Of a stretch of 64,000 nt of DNA, positions 29,048 through 38,076 are shown one piece after another. Numbering within the stretch: position 1 is the first letter of the stretch; each line of letters begins with the position of its first letter. Source of the DNA: an uncultured Candidatus Saccharibacteria bacterium (lineage in GTDB: Bacteria; Patescibacteriota; UBA1384; XYA2-FULL-43-10; 1-14-0-10-43-13); contig CAZVMH010000002.1 in the NCBI GenBank assembly GCA_964628585.1, forward strand, positions 33,751 through 97,750. Reading direction: 5' to 3'. A model generated the notes under the pieces. That model was given only the letters and a program-made list of their open reading frames with translations. It did not search any database and had not been told where the DNA came from. Both the position numbers and the translations under genes were made by a program.

Positions 29048-29467
29048 ATGAAAAAATTTAAAAAAGGTTTTACTTTAATCGAATTACTTGTTGTTATCGC
29101 TATTATTGGTATTTTGGCAACAATTATTATTATTAATGTTGCTTCTGCCAGAGGAAAAGCCAATGATTCCAAAGCATTAAATGATCTAGCAACTGCTGCA
29201 AAAGTTGCAGCACTGTGTCTTGCAGAAGAAGGGACGATCGAACAAATTGATGCCGCTGATACCGGTGGTGGTAATATCTGTAGTTCCGCTTCTGTAACTG
29301 GAGATTGGCCAGGATTAAACCAAAAATCACAAACTGGTAGTCTTTGGGCATATAACTCTGAAGATGTTGGGGCTGGCAATGAACCAACAGATGGTAGTTT
29401 CGGTGCTGGAGCAGGTACAAATAAAATAAATTGTACCGTAACGGGCTGTAATAAAGTTGGTTTTTAA
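29048..29467 (+). CDS. Type IV pilin (class III signal peptide)
   Basis: 'KKGFTLIELLVVIAIIGILATIII'; the N-terminal 30 aa are nearly identical to the upstream pilin. Confidence 0.8.
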   Translation: MKKFKKGFTLIELLVVIAIIGILATIIIINVASARGKANDSKALNDLATAAKVAALCLAEEGTIEQIDAADTGGGNICSSASVTGDWPGLNQKSQTGSLWAYNSEDVGAGNEPTDGSFGAGAGTNKINCTVTGCNKVGF

Positions 29468-29621
29468 ACTTGTTTTTATTCGGTGTGGGGAGGAGAAAAG
29501 CCCCATACCAATAAGGACGAATGGTTGGAACCGGAGCCCATCTTCGGAGTTCATGCTTCAGCCTGCTAGGCCAAGTAGCATAAAGGCTGGTCTTCATAAT
29601 TAATCATTAACAAAAAAAATT

Positions 29622-30083
29622 ATGAAACGAGCATTTACATTAATTGAATTGCTTGTTGTTGTTGCCATTATTGGAATTTTGGCTTCAATGGCAATGTTTG
29701 CTCTTTCTGGTACTCGCGAGAAAGGCCGAGATGCGACTAGAAAAAGCGATTTGGCGCTGATTAAATCTTCTCTTGAAGTATATTACTCGGATCAAAAACC
29801 AAATAAGTACAATGTTCCAGCCACCAATCCTGCCAATATGGATACAGAAGAAAAGGCTAGGACGGCAACCGGTATGACAACCGATTATATTAAAACAATT
29901 CCGGTTGACCCAACAGCAGATACTACAACTCCATATGTCTATCTTGCAAGTGCTGATGGTCAGGATTACGCGGTTTTTGCCCAATTAGAAAACAGTTCAG
30001 ACAGTCAGATTAAGACCAAAGACCCAACTGCCGGCGCTAGGCCTAGCAGTTATACAAATTGTTTCTGGGTTGAAAACGACTAA
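29622..30083 (+). CDS. Type IV pilin (class III signal peptide)
   Basis: 'MKRAFTLIELLVVVAIIGILASMAM'. Confidence 0.8.
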   Translation: MKRAFTLIELLVVVAIIGILASMAMFALSGTREKGRDATRKSDLALIKSSLEVYYSDQKPNKYNVPATNPANMDTEEKARTATGMTTDYIKTIPVDPTADTTTPYVYLASADGQDYAVFAQLENSSDSQIKTKDPTAGARPSSYTNCFWVEND

Positions 30084-30106
30084 TAAATCATATTTCATAA
30101 ATCATA

Positions 30107-30478
30107 ATGCAGAATGATAAGTCAAAGTTCAAAAAAGAATTTATTAGACGGTTAATGGTATTTTCAGTCAATTTAGTAAAATTTTGTTCCAAATTGCGTC
30201 AGAAAAGAGATTATTGGGTAATAGCAGATCAGTTATTGGATTCTGGCACGTCGATTGGAAGCAATTCAGTAGAGGCGAAAGCCTCATCATCCCGCAGAGA
30301 ATATATTAAATTTTTTGAAATAGCCTTAAAAAGTGCCAACGAAACGCTTTACTGGCTGATCATAGTAAAAGAATCGGTTCTAGAGTTAAAAACAGAATCA
30401 GAAAAGCTCTATAACGAATGTGAAGAGCTAACAAAAATATTGTGTTCGAGTGTATTAACCCTGAAGGGAAAGAAATAG
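30107..30478 (+). CDS. Four-helix-bundle protein (23S rRNA intervening-sequence-type, TIGR02436-like)
   Basis: Signature 'DQLLDSGTSIGSNSVEA...REYIKFFEIALKSANETLYWL'. Confidence 0.7.
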   Translation: MQNDKSKFKKEFIRRLMVFSVNLVKFCSKLRQKRDYWVIADQLLDSGTSIGSNSVEAKASSSRREYIKFFEIALKSANETLYWLIIVKESVLELKTESEKLYNECEELTKILCSSVLTLKGKK

Positions 30479-30622
30479 GTTTTTGCATTATAATTTATCA
30501 TTATGACCTATAAGTTTTAATTTGTGAATTATTGATATACTCATAACTCATAACTCATGCTTCGTGACTCAATGTAAAAATAGGAATTGCAATTTAGACA
30601 TTAAAACTAAAAATTAACAATC

Positions 30623-31402
30623 ATGAACATCTTATATCTCATATTAGCCTTGGTATTCGGCTTGGTCATCGGAAGCTTCCTTAATGTCTTAATTTTTCGT
30701 TTGGATAGTCTCAACACAATTTGGAGCACACGGTCTCATTGTCCAAAATGTAAGAAAAAACTTCTCTGGTATGATTTAGTACCAGTATTTTCATATATTA
30801 TTCTCGGTGGACGTTGCCGTTTTTGCCAAGAAAAAATTTCTCTTCAATATCCAATAGTGGAGTTATCCACAGGTCTCTTATTTGTGTTTTTGTTGTTTAG
30901 CTTTGGTTTAAGTATCGCTTTATTCTATTACATGATTATTTTTTCTCTTCTTGTGGTAATATTGGTCTCTGATTTAAAGACTCAAATGATGCCAGAAATA
31001 TTTGCTTGGATTGGTTTAATTTTGGCCCTATTGTTTGGGTGGTATTTTGGTAATCTTACAATTCCTTCTGCGCTTTGGGGTGGAGTAATAGGTGGCGGTT
31101 TTCTAGCACTTTTGGTTTATGGTTCGCTAATAGTGAGTGGAGCAAGTGAAAAATGGATGGGGGCGGGTGACATAAAGATAGGAGCGATCATGGGCTTTTT
31201 GGTTGGTTTTCCAGCCATTATTCTGGGCCTATTTTTTGCTTTTATTAGTGGGGCCATTGTTGGTTTGATTTATATTAAACTTCAAAAAAAGACAATTAAA
31301 GAGTCCCTTCCTTTTGCTCCCTTTTTAATTTTGAGTACCTTATTGACATTAGTTTACGGACAATATTTACTTAATTGGTATTGGAATTTATATATATTTT
31401 AG
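30623..31402 (+). CDS. pilD: Prepilin peptidase PilD (A24 family)
   Basis: N-terminal TM, CPKC...CRFC zinc motif, multi-TM body with a 'GAGDIK' catalytic Asp region. Confidence 0.85.
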   Translation: MNILYLILALVFGLVIGSFLNVLIFRLDSLNTIWSTRSHCPKCKKKLLWYDLVPVFSYIILGGRCRFCQEKISLQYPIVELSTGLLFVFLLFSFGLSIALFYYMIIFSLLVVILVSDLKTQMMPEIFAWIGLILALLFGWYFGNLTIPSALWGGVIGGGFLALLVYGSLIVSGASEKWMGAGDIKIGAIMGFLVGFPAIILGLFFAFISGAIVGLIYIKLQKKTIKESLPFAPFLILSTLLTLVYGQYLLNWYWNLYIF

Positions 31403-31415
31403 AAAGAATGGAAAT

Positions 31416-31982
31416 ATGTTGAATAAAACGAAAAAGCTAAAAGGGCTCACTCCGTTAAATCCAGTAAAATGGAATCGCCAGAAGCGATATTTAACGGGGT
31501 TCACAATCGTAGAGCTTATGATAGTTTGCGCCATAATTGCAATACTGGCGGCAATTATTGTTATTAATTTTGAGCGAAGTAAAATGCGCACAAGAGATGC
31601 ACAGAGGAAATCTGATTTAACTAGAATTGCAGGTGCTCTAGAAGGATATAAGGTCGATACGAAATCATATTTATCATCTGGTGTCGCCATTGAAGGAACT
31701 CCTCCTATTAAACCTGTTTCAAGTTTAACTGAACTTACAACGGGAAATTACATTAGTAGTCTGCCAACAGATCCTCTTAATCAGACACCATACAAATATG
31801 CCTCCGATCAGAATCAATATAAACTGCTTGCAATATCGGAAACAATTACTGGAATAAGCAACGCCTCAAATATTGCTGGTGATTTTTATAATTATTCCGC
31901 CTCAAATGATAATAATTTTAAATGCTTTCAAGTTTCTTCTAGCAATACTGCGTTAGGTTGGGCATATCCAGAATGTCAATAA
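31416..31982 (+). CDS. Minor pilin/pseudopilin (class III signal peptide)
   Basis: 'GFTIVELMIVCAIIAILAAIIV'. Confidence 0.7.
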   Translation: MLNKTKKLKGLTPLNPVKWNRQKRYLTGFTIVELMIVCAIIAILAAIIVINFERSKMRTRDAQRKSDLTRIAGALEGYKVDTKSYLSSGVAIEGTPPIKPVSSLTELTTGNYISSLPTDPLNQTPYKYASDQNQYKLLAISETITGISNASNIAGDFYNYSASNDNNFKCFQVSSSNTALGWAYPECQ

Positions 31983-32515
31983 TGAAACAAGGTTTTACCC
32001 TAATTGAATTGATAGTAACAATGTCCATTATTGTGTTAATGGCTTTAATTGCTGTTCCTGCATTTACCAAATATGAAGAAAATGCCAGTTTCAATGCCAA
32101 AGTTGCAGAAATTGAGTCGGCTATAAATCAAGTAGCCATTCAGGCCCAAAATCCAGAACAAGAAATTAAACAATATATTATTAACACGGCCGATCCAAAA
32201 AAAATCAAGTTCGAAAAAATTGATTTAAATAGTAATCTCATTACGGAAAAAGAAATTTCAATGCCTCTAAATATTACAATAGAGAACAAACAAGGTCCAT
32301 TAAACATGCCATTATCAATTCTTGTTTTTGGTTCAGAGATTAGAAATCTTTGCTTAACAAAAGACGAACTTCAGGATGGAGTGGACTTATACTCAATGCC
32401 GGACTGTAATCCAAATAGCCACTTCAGTGGTGAATATATTTCTGTTAAGGATATAAGTGGACGATCCAAAACGATAAGCATTCAATTAAATCCAATCAGA
32501 GCAACGAGTTGGTAG
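31982..32515 (+). CDS. Minor pilin/pseudopilin
   Basis: 'MKQGFTLIELIVTMSIIVLMALIAV'; start overlaps the upstream stop (TAATG). Confidence 0.7.
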   Translation: MKQGFTLIELIVTMSIIVLMALIAVPAFTKYEENASFNAKVAEIESAINQVAIQAQNPEQEIKQYIINTADPKKIKFEKIDLNSNLITEKEISMPLNITIENKQGPLNMPLSILVFGSEIRNLCLTKDELQDGVDLYSMPDCNPNSHFSGEYISVKDISGRSKTISIQLNPIRATSW

Positions 32516-32549
32516 ATTTATCGCCATTGGAGATCACGCTTTAGGGTGA

Positions 32550-33416
32550 TTGATGCAAGAAAAACTAATAATGAAAATAATTAGCAAAAAATTTAGTAAA
32601 GAGCTTGTCCCGAAAATGTCGAGGGGATTTGGCCTTTTAGAAGTAATGATATCTGGAGCAGTGATTATTATTATTCTAGGGTCTTTAGTTTTAGTTGCCC
32701 ATGCCGCTATAAACAACAATCAATATATGCAAAAACGAGCAGAAGCAACATTCTTAGCCCAAGAGGGTCTTGAAATGGTCAGGCAGATTAGAGATTCTAA
32801 CTGGATAGATCGAAGTGCCAGTAATTGTACAAGTGATTGTACTAGTAGCAATCCGCAAACCAATTATGGCAAAACTAACTGGGACTCAGTTCAATTATAC
32901 CCTGAATCGGGTTTTGTTAATGGAAAATATATTTATAATCCATCGCTTTTTGTAGATCAGGGCTGTTATAGAAAAAATAAGTATTTTATGACCTATCCCG
33001 GGCTTGATGATCAACAACAACAAAGGCGTTTTAGTCTACAAACTCTAAATGATTCTATAAATCCTAACAATATTAATAATTGTAGAAAATTGATTTACCC
33101 GGATAATAATGCGTCCCCAAGCGAAACCAATACCGAAAAAATATCAGTCTATCCGAATAACATGTCTTTTGATGGTGTTCCGGACCCAGATCCAAAACGA
33201 GCCAATAAACAAGATTATGAAGCTCCTGCGAATGTATTTTTTAGAGTTTTTTTCATTGAACGAGATTTAGGTGATCTTTTGCCAGACGTGTCCGGAGATA
33301 TTCACCCAGAGGTCAATGCTTATAAAGTTACGGTTTATATTGGGTTCAATTTTAATGGACAAAATAAAATTATTGAGTCGAGCGAGATTTTAACCAATTG
33401 GAGACCAGATTTCTAA
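32550..33416 (+). CDS. Minor pilin (PilV/PilW-like) with a long leader
   Basis: 'SRGFGLLEVMISGAVIIIILGSLVLV'; the start is uncertain (an alternative ATG lies at 32613). Confidence 0.6.
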   Translation: MMQEKLIMKIISKKFSKELVPKMSRGFGLLEVMISGAVIIIILGSLVLVAHAAINNNQYMQKRAEATFLAQEGLEMVRQIRDSNWIDRSASNCTSDCTSSNPQTNYGKTNWDSVQLYPESGFVNGKYIYNPSLFVDQGCYRKNKYFMTYPGLDDQQQQRRFSLQTLNDSINPNNINNCRKLIYPDNNASPSETNTEKISVYPNNMSFDGVPDPDPKRANKQDYEAPANVFFRVFFIERDLGDLLPDVSGDIHPEVNAYKVTVYIGFNFNGQNKIIESSEILTNWRPDF

Positions 33417-33441
33417 AAACATGAGTTATGAAGTATGAATT

Positions 33442-34281
33442 ATGAATAGCAAGCAATATAAAAAAGGGTTTACTTTAATGGAGGTGCTAGTTGCAACCAT
33501 GATTTTTGTATCGATTATGGTAATTGCTACGGGCGTAATTGGCCAAGCAAGTTCTTATAGTGGAAAAATTAAAAAACTCAGAGAAACATCCGCTGAAGCT
33601 CGTCGTTTATCTGACATGATTACAAGAGATATAAGAGAGGCAAATGCACCAGTAGTTTTGGATTCGGAATTTTTTCGAGATAATGGGGACCCATCTGATC
33701 TTTGTATCGAATTAGTTGACGAAGGAAACACAGTTACCTTTAAAAGTGGCTTGGCTATTCTTTCTTGGAGGAGGGCTGTTGATGGATATACTAAGTATTC
33801 AGAAGCTCAGAGTCAGTGCATAGATGAAGCTTATAGAGTGCCTGACGGTCTTTTTTATGGCAACGGCCATGGTCTATATGACGCTCGCATGCTTGTTGTT
33901 GGACTAAAGAATAAAACACGGGTTTACGCTACAGCTCAAGATACGAACGCGAACCCAAGAGTCCATCGGGTTTATATGAAGGAATTTACTCAGGGCAAAT
34001 TGAGCGTAACCGACATTAATAGTGTGGTTGAAAGTGCAAATCTAATATCAAATCCCAATTATGGTGCCATAGTTGGTTTTGGTGGTTATGCACCACCATC
34101 TTCGACAGACGGAGCGGGTAAACCATTGCCTCGTGATATTAAGCAACAGCCGGTTATAAGGTTTCTTGTTACTGTGCAGTCAAAAGACTATATTCACAAC
34201 GACATCGTTTCTCCCAAGGTTCATAAAGGAGAACAAGCAGTAATTCGATCTATGGCAACTTCCAGAAATTATGATATATAA
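33442..34281 (+). CDS. Minor pilin (PilW/PilX-like)
   Basis: 'KKGFTLMEVLVATMIFVSIMVIATGVIG'. Confidence 0.7.
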   Translation: MNSKQYKKGFTLMEVLVATMIFVSIMVIATGVIGQASSYSGKIKKLRETSAEARRLSDMITRDIREANAPVVLDSEFFRDNGDPSDLCIELVDEGNTVTFKSGLAILSWRRAVDGYTKYSEAQSQCIDEAYRVPDGLFYGNGHGLYDARMLVVGLKNKTRVYATAQDTNANPRVHRVYMKEFTQGKLSVTDINSVVESANLISNPNYGAIVGFGGYAPPSSTDGAGKPLPRDIKQQPVIRFLVTVQSKDYIHNDIVSPKVHKGEQAVIRSMATSRNYDI

Positions 34282-34320
34282 TACTACATATCATATCTTA
34301 TATCTCATATCTCATATACA

Positions 34321-34767
34321 ATGAAAAGCAAAACAATAAACATTTACACAGATGGTGGGTCTCGTGGTAATCCTGGTCCAGCGGCGATTGGGATTGTTTT
34401 TTATAACGCTTCGGGTGAAATAATCCATGAACATAAGAAATCAATTGGCCATGCTACCAATAATGAAGCAGAATACAGTGCAATCTTAGAAGCTTTGCAA
34501 TTATTGGTAAAAAGTAAATGGTTTTTAGATAATAATACTGAATGTGGGAGAGTAGATTGTTTTTTAGATTCTCAACTGGTAGTTGAACAATTAAACGGTA
34601 GATATAAGATTAAACAGTCTCATATTTCAGAATTTGTAAATAGTATCAAAAGTATTATCATTAAATCAGGCTTAGAAGTGTCGTTTACTCATATTCCGCG
34701 CGAAAAAAACAAACTAGCCGATAAATTAGTAAATGAAGCATTGAACGAAATTAAAGGAAAATTATGA
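34321..34767 (+). CDS. rnhA: Ribonuclease HI
   Basis: 'IYTDGGSRGNPGPAAIGIV...TNNEAEYSAILEAL' catalytic DEDD core. Confidence 0.85.
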   Translation: MKSKTINIYTDGGSRGNPGPAAIGIVFYNASGEIIHEHKKSIGHATNNEAEYSAILEALQLLVKSKWFLDNNTECGRVDCFLDSQLVVEQLNGRYKIKQSHISEFVNSIKSIIIKSGLEVSFTHIPREKNKLADKLVNEALNEIKGKL

Positions 34768-34918
34768 TTAGAACTGATTTGTCTTTTATAATAATTTTTT
34801 TCATAATTATTGCTCTTTGTGTTACATTCTTATTGATATTCATTTTTTACTATAAAAGAAAAGAATATCTTAAAAACAAAAAATATATTGATAAGGCACT
34901 TTTTAGACACCATAAACA

Positions 34919-36037
34919 ATGAGCTCTATTAAACTCAAGACCTTTGATCCGCTCTTATTTTTAATTCCAATCTTACTTTTAATTATCGGTATATCGGTAA
35001 TTTATAGTCTTGTTATTGGAACAGCTGATTCAGAGTTGATTCTTAAACAAGTTATTTCTGGAGTGATAGCAATATTCTTAGCAATCGGAGTTTCTTTTGT
35101 AGACTATCGATTTTTTAAGTCCGTGACTTGGATTTTTTATTTTGCTGTTATTCTCTTACTAATATATGTCGATTTTTTTGGAATGCAAGCAGGTGGTGCG
35201 ATGCGCTGGATTGATCTTGGTTTCTTTCAACTTCAGCCATCTGAACTAGCAAAACCGGCATTGGCGCTGATTCTTGCATCTTTTTTTTCTAACAAGATTG
35301 GAAAAATTAGGTTTAGGGATATTATTATTTCATTCTTAATAATCCTTGTGCCAGTTTTATTAATTCTAAAAGAACCGGATTTAGGGACCGCTTTGGTCGT
35401 AATTTTTATGTATGTAGTATTAATTCTCTTTTCAAAACCAAATAAATTTCAACTTACAATCTTTATCTTAATCTTTGGACTGGCATTGGTCTCTGCGATA
35501 CTCTCAGTTAAGGAGGTAGAACCATTTGACAAACTGATGAAGGATTATCAAAAAAATAGGATCTTGATTTTTATTGATCCAAGTCTTGATCCATATGGTA
35601 AGGGCTATAATGTTCGTCAGGCTCAGATCACAGTTGGTTCGGGTGGTATTTTAGGCAAAGGACTGGGGCGTGGTTCACAAAGTCAGCTTCAATTTTTGCC
35701 TAAGCCACAAACAGATTTCATTTTTGCTGGAATTGCCGAATCATTTGGTTTTTTGGGTTTAATGGTTTACCTAGCTTTGTTTGTGGTTCTAATAATTAAA
35801 ATTTTAAATATTGGAGTTTATGCAAAAGATAATTTTGGTATGTTGATTTGTATTGGCGCGGTTGCAATTATTTTGTTTCAGACAGTTGTTAATATGGGAA
35901 TGAATATTGGTTTGATGCCAGTTACTGGTATACCGTTACCATTTGCAAGTTATGGTGGTTCTGCTCTTATCTCTTACTTTTTTATACTCGGTATCTGTCA
36001 AAGTATAATAATTCGCCATAAAAAGATAAACTTTTAA
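34919..36037 (+). CDS. SEDS-family peptidoglycan glycosyltransferase (RodA/FtsW)
   Basis: 10 TM helices; conserved 'GSGGILGKGLG...QFLPKPQTDFIFAGIAESFGFLG'. Confidence 0.85.
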   Translation: MSSIKLKTFDPLLFLIPILLLIIGISVIYSLVIGTADSELILKQVISGVIAIFLAIGVSFVDYRFFKSVTWIFYFAVILLLIYVDFFGMQAGGAMRWIDLGFFQLQPSELAKPALALILASFFSNKIGKIRFRDIIISFLIILVPVLLILKEPDLGTALVVIFMYVVLILFSKPNKFQLTIFILIFGLALVSAILSVKEVEPFDKLMKDYQKNRILIFIDPSLDPYGKGYNVRQAQITVGSGGILGKGLGRGSQSQLQFLPKPQTDFIFAGIAESFGFLGLMVYLALFVVLIIKILNIGVYAKDNFGMLICIGAVAIILFQTVVNMGMNIGLMPVTGIPLPFASYGGSALISYFFILGICQSIIIRHKKINF

Positions 36038-36076
36038 CTTGACTTTTTATAGGGAATAAGATACTCTTATAGATAT

Positions 36077-36096
36077 AAGACCGCCGGTCTTTTTTA
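36077..36096 (+). terminator. Rho-independent terminator after the SEDS gene (AAGAC-loop-GTCTT plus T6)
   Basis: Short GC stem followed by a T-run. Confidence 0.55.
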
Positions 36097-36145
36097 AAAT
36101 CGGCGACAAACGATACAAATAGCTGGAATTGAGAGGAAATACACA

Positions 36146-36472
36146 ATGTTTGCAATAGTTTCAATCGCAGGAAAACAGTTACAGGTAGAAGAAGGTAAAG
36201 AGTACACGGTGCTTTTACCGCTAGAACAGAAAAAACAGAAAAAAATTTCATTTTCTGAAATTTTGATGGTATCAAATAGGGAAAAAACTGTTTATGGCAC
36301 GCCATTAATTGAAAAAGCAACTGTTGAAGCAGAAGTTCTAAAAGAGTTTTTGAGTGAAAAAACCGAAGTATTTAAATTTCATTCTAAAAAAAGATATACT
36401 AGAAGCAAGAGTCAGAGACAAAAATTAGCTCAAATTAAAATATTAAAAATCTCTTATGAAATTAAAAAATAA
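36146..36472 (+). CDS. rplU: 50S ribosomal protein L21
   Basis: 'MFAIVSIAGKQLQVEEG...VFKFHSKKRYTRSKSQRQ' aligns with the L21 consensus 'MYAV..GGKQ..V.EG...VKF.RRK.Y.R..GHRQ'. Confidence 0.75.
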   Translation: MFAIVSIAGKQLQVEEGKEYTVLLPLEQKKQKKISFSEILMVSNREKTVYGTPLIEKATVEAEVLKEFLSEKTEVFKFHSKKRYTRSKSQRQKLAQIKILKISYEIKK

Positions 36473-36659
36473 CTCAATTGTGAAATATATCGTTTCTTCG
36501 TATCAAGAGCTAAAAAAAGTTAGCTGGCCAACAGGAAAGACGATACTCAATCATACATTGATAGTGGTAATTTCTTCGGCAATAGCAATTGCAATAACAA
36601 GTGCAGTTGATTATGGGTTAACTAGTCTAGTCGAATACTTTATTGAGAATAGGGGCTAA
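36456..36659 (+). CDS. secE: Preprotein translocase subunit SecE
   Basis: 67 aa; 'ELKKVSWPTGKTILNHTLIVVISSAIAIAI' single-TM SecE pattern; immediately upstream of nusG. Confidence 0.7.
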   Translation: MKLKNNSIVKYIVSSYQELKKVSWPTGKTILNHTLIVVISSAIAIAITSAVDYGLTSLVEYFIENRG

Positions 36660-36660
36660 G

Positions 36661-37464
36661 ATGACAGAGAAAAAAATCAAAGATACGATAGAGAATAAGA
36701 TAAAAGTTCCGACAATTCCTAAAGAGGATATCGGAATTCCGACCGAAGACCCAAAGGGTTCCCTTCGGGACGTCGGGAAAATCGAAAATGCACCAATAAT
36801 TGAGGTTAAGAACTTGGATGAAGCTGATTCGCCAAAAGAAATTATTGTAGAAGATGTAGCAGCCGAACCAGAAACTTTAGATGATGCCAAAAAAGAAGAG
36901 GAAGCTCCTCGAAGAAAACTTTTAACTCTAAAACAGACTGGTGAGCGTAACTGGTATGTTATTCATACTTATTCAGGATATGAGGAGCAGGTAGCCGATT
37001 CACTAAAACAAAGAATTGAGTCCTTAAATATGGGCGACAAAATTTTTGACGTGATTGTACCGAAAGAAAAACAAATTGAAATTAAAAATGGTAAACGCAG
37101 AACAATAGAGAAGAGGATTTTTCCAGGATATGTATTGGTCGATATGATTGTAACGGATGATTCCTGGTATGTGGTTCGAAACACTCCCAATGTGACCGGT
37201 TTTATTGGTTTTGGTGTCCGTCCTACTCCAATGTCAAAAACAGAAATAGACCGAATTAAAAAAAGAATGGGAGTTGAAGAACCAAAATTCAAGGTAGATT
37301 TTAAAGTTGATGATTTGATCAAGATTACAGACGGAGCGCTTAAGGGTTTTGAAGGTAAAATTGAAGATATTGATCAGGACAGAGGCAAGGTAAAAGTTTT
37401 GGTTAATATGTTTGGGCGCGAGACACCAGTAACACTAGACTTCTTGCAAGTTAAGAAAATATAA
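36661..37464 (+). CDS. nusG: Transcription termination/antitermination factor NusG with an ~90-aa N-terminal extension
   Basis: NGN domain '[15 protein letters not shown]'; KOW '[25 protein letters not shown]'; ATG 36661 with a GGGG RBS. Confidence 0.85.
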   Translation: MTEKKIKDTIENKIKVPTIPKEDIGIPTEDPKGSLRDVGKIENAPIIEVKNLDEADSPKEIIVEDVAAEPETLDDAKKEEEAPRRKLLTLKQTGERNWYVIHTYSGYEEQVADSLKQRIESLNMGDKIFDVIVPKEKQIEIKNGKRRTIEKRIFPGYVLVDMIVTDDSWYVVRNTPNVTGFIGFGVRPTPMSKTEIDRIKKRMGVEEPKFKVDFKVDDLIKITDGALKGFEGKIEDIDQDRGKVKVLVNMFGRETPVTLDFLQVKKI

Positions 37465-37472
37465 GGAAAACA

Positions 37473-37898
37473 ATGGCTAAAGAAGTTAAAACAACAATAA
37501 AATTACAATGTCCTGCAGCCAAAGCAAATCCTGCACCTCCAGTCGGGCCAGCATTGGGACAACATGGCGTAAATATTATGGAGTTTTGTCAATCTTTTAA
37601 TGAACAAACAAAAGATAAGGGCGACACAATAATTCCAGTAGAAATCACTATCTACGAAGATAGAACTTTTACATTTGTTCTAAAAACTCCTCCAGCGGCA
37701 GTCTTGATTAAGAAGGCATTAAAATTAGAAAAGGCCTCCGATAATTCAAAGAAAAACAAAGTTGGTAAGTTATCACAGGAACAATTAACCCAAATTGCTG
37801 AGGAAAAAATGCCAGACCTTAATGCTAATGATATTGAAGCCGCTAAAAAAATTATCGCTGGTACTGCCAGAAGCATTGGTGTCGAAATCGAAAAATAA
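37473..37898 (+). CDS. rplK: 50S ribosomal protein L11
   Basis: '[34 protein letters not shown]'. Confidence 0.9.
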   Translation: MAKEVKTTIKLQCPAAKANPAPPVGPALGQHGVNIMEFCQSFNEQTKDKGDTIIPVEITIYEDRTFTFVLKTPPAAVLIKKALKLEKASDNSKKNKVGKLSQEQLTQIAEEKMPDLNANDIEAAKKIIAGTARSIGVEIEK

Positions 37899-37918
37899 TA
37901 AGAAGATATATTCTACAC

Positions 37919-37950
37919 AAAAAAAACGGATAATTATATCCGTTTTTTTG
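37919..37950 (+). terminator. Rho-independent terminator after rplK (A8-CGGATA-ATTA-TATCCG-T7)
   Basis: Perfect hairpin with a T-tract. Confidence 0.8.
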
Positions 37951-37957
37951 TTGTTTT

Positions 37958-38029
37958 CGGCTTAATGCTATCCACGGAGGAAAAACCAAAGGAGGGGCAA
38001 AGGTTCTCATCGTAGATAGCATTAAGCCG
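37958..38029. repeat. Perfect 15-bp inverted repeat (CGGCTTAATGCTATC / GATAGCATTAAGCCG) around a 42-nt loop containing two GGAGG motifs
   Basis: Read directly; lies between the rplK terminator and the mfd promoter. Confidence 0.7.
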
Positions 38030-38076
38030 ACAATCTATAAATAAATTAGCAGTTGTGATATAATTTGTCAATTGAA

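Noticed and set aside
22909-34320. CRISPR array interpretation of the CTCATA repeats
   Set aside because: Units are 6-13 nt, irregular, with no spacers of uniform length and no cas genes; not a CRISPR
36040-36070. Promoter TTGACT-17-TACTCT upstream of rplU
   Set aside because: The -10 is poor and overlaps the rodA terminator; too weak to call
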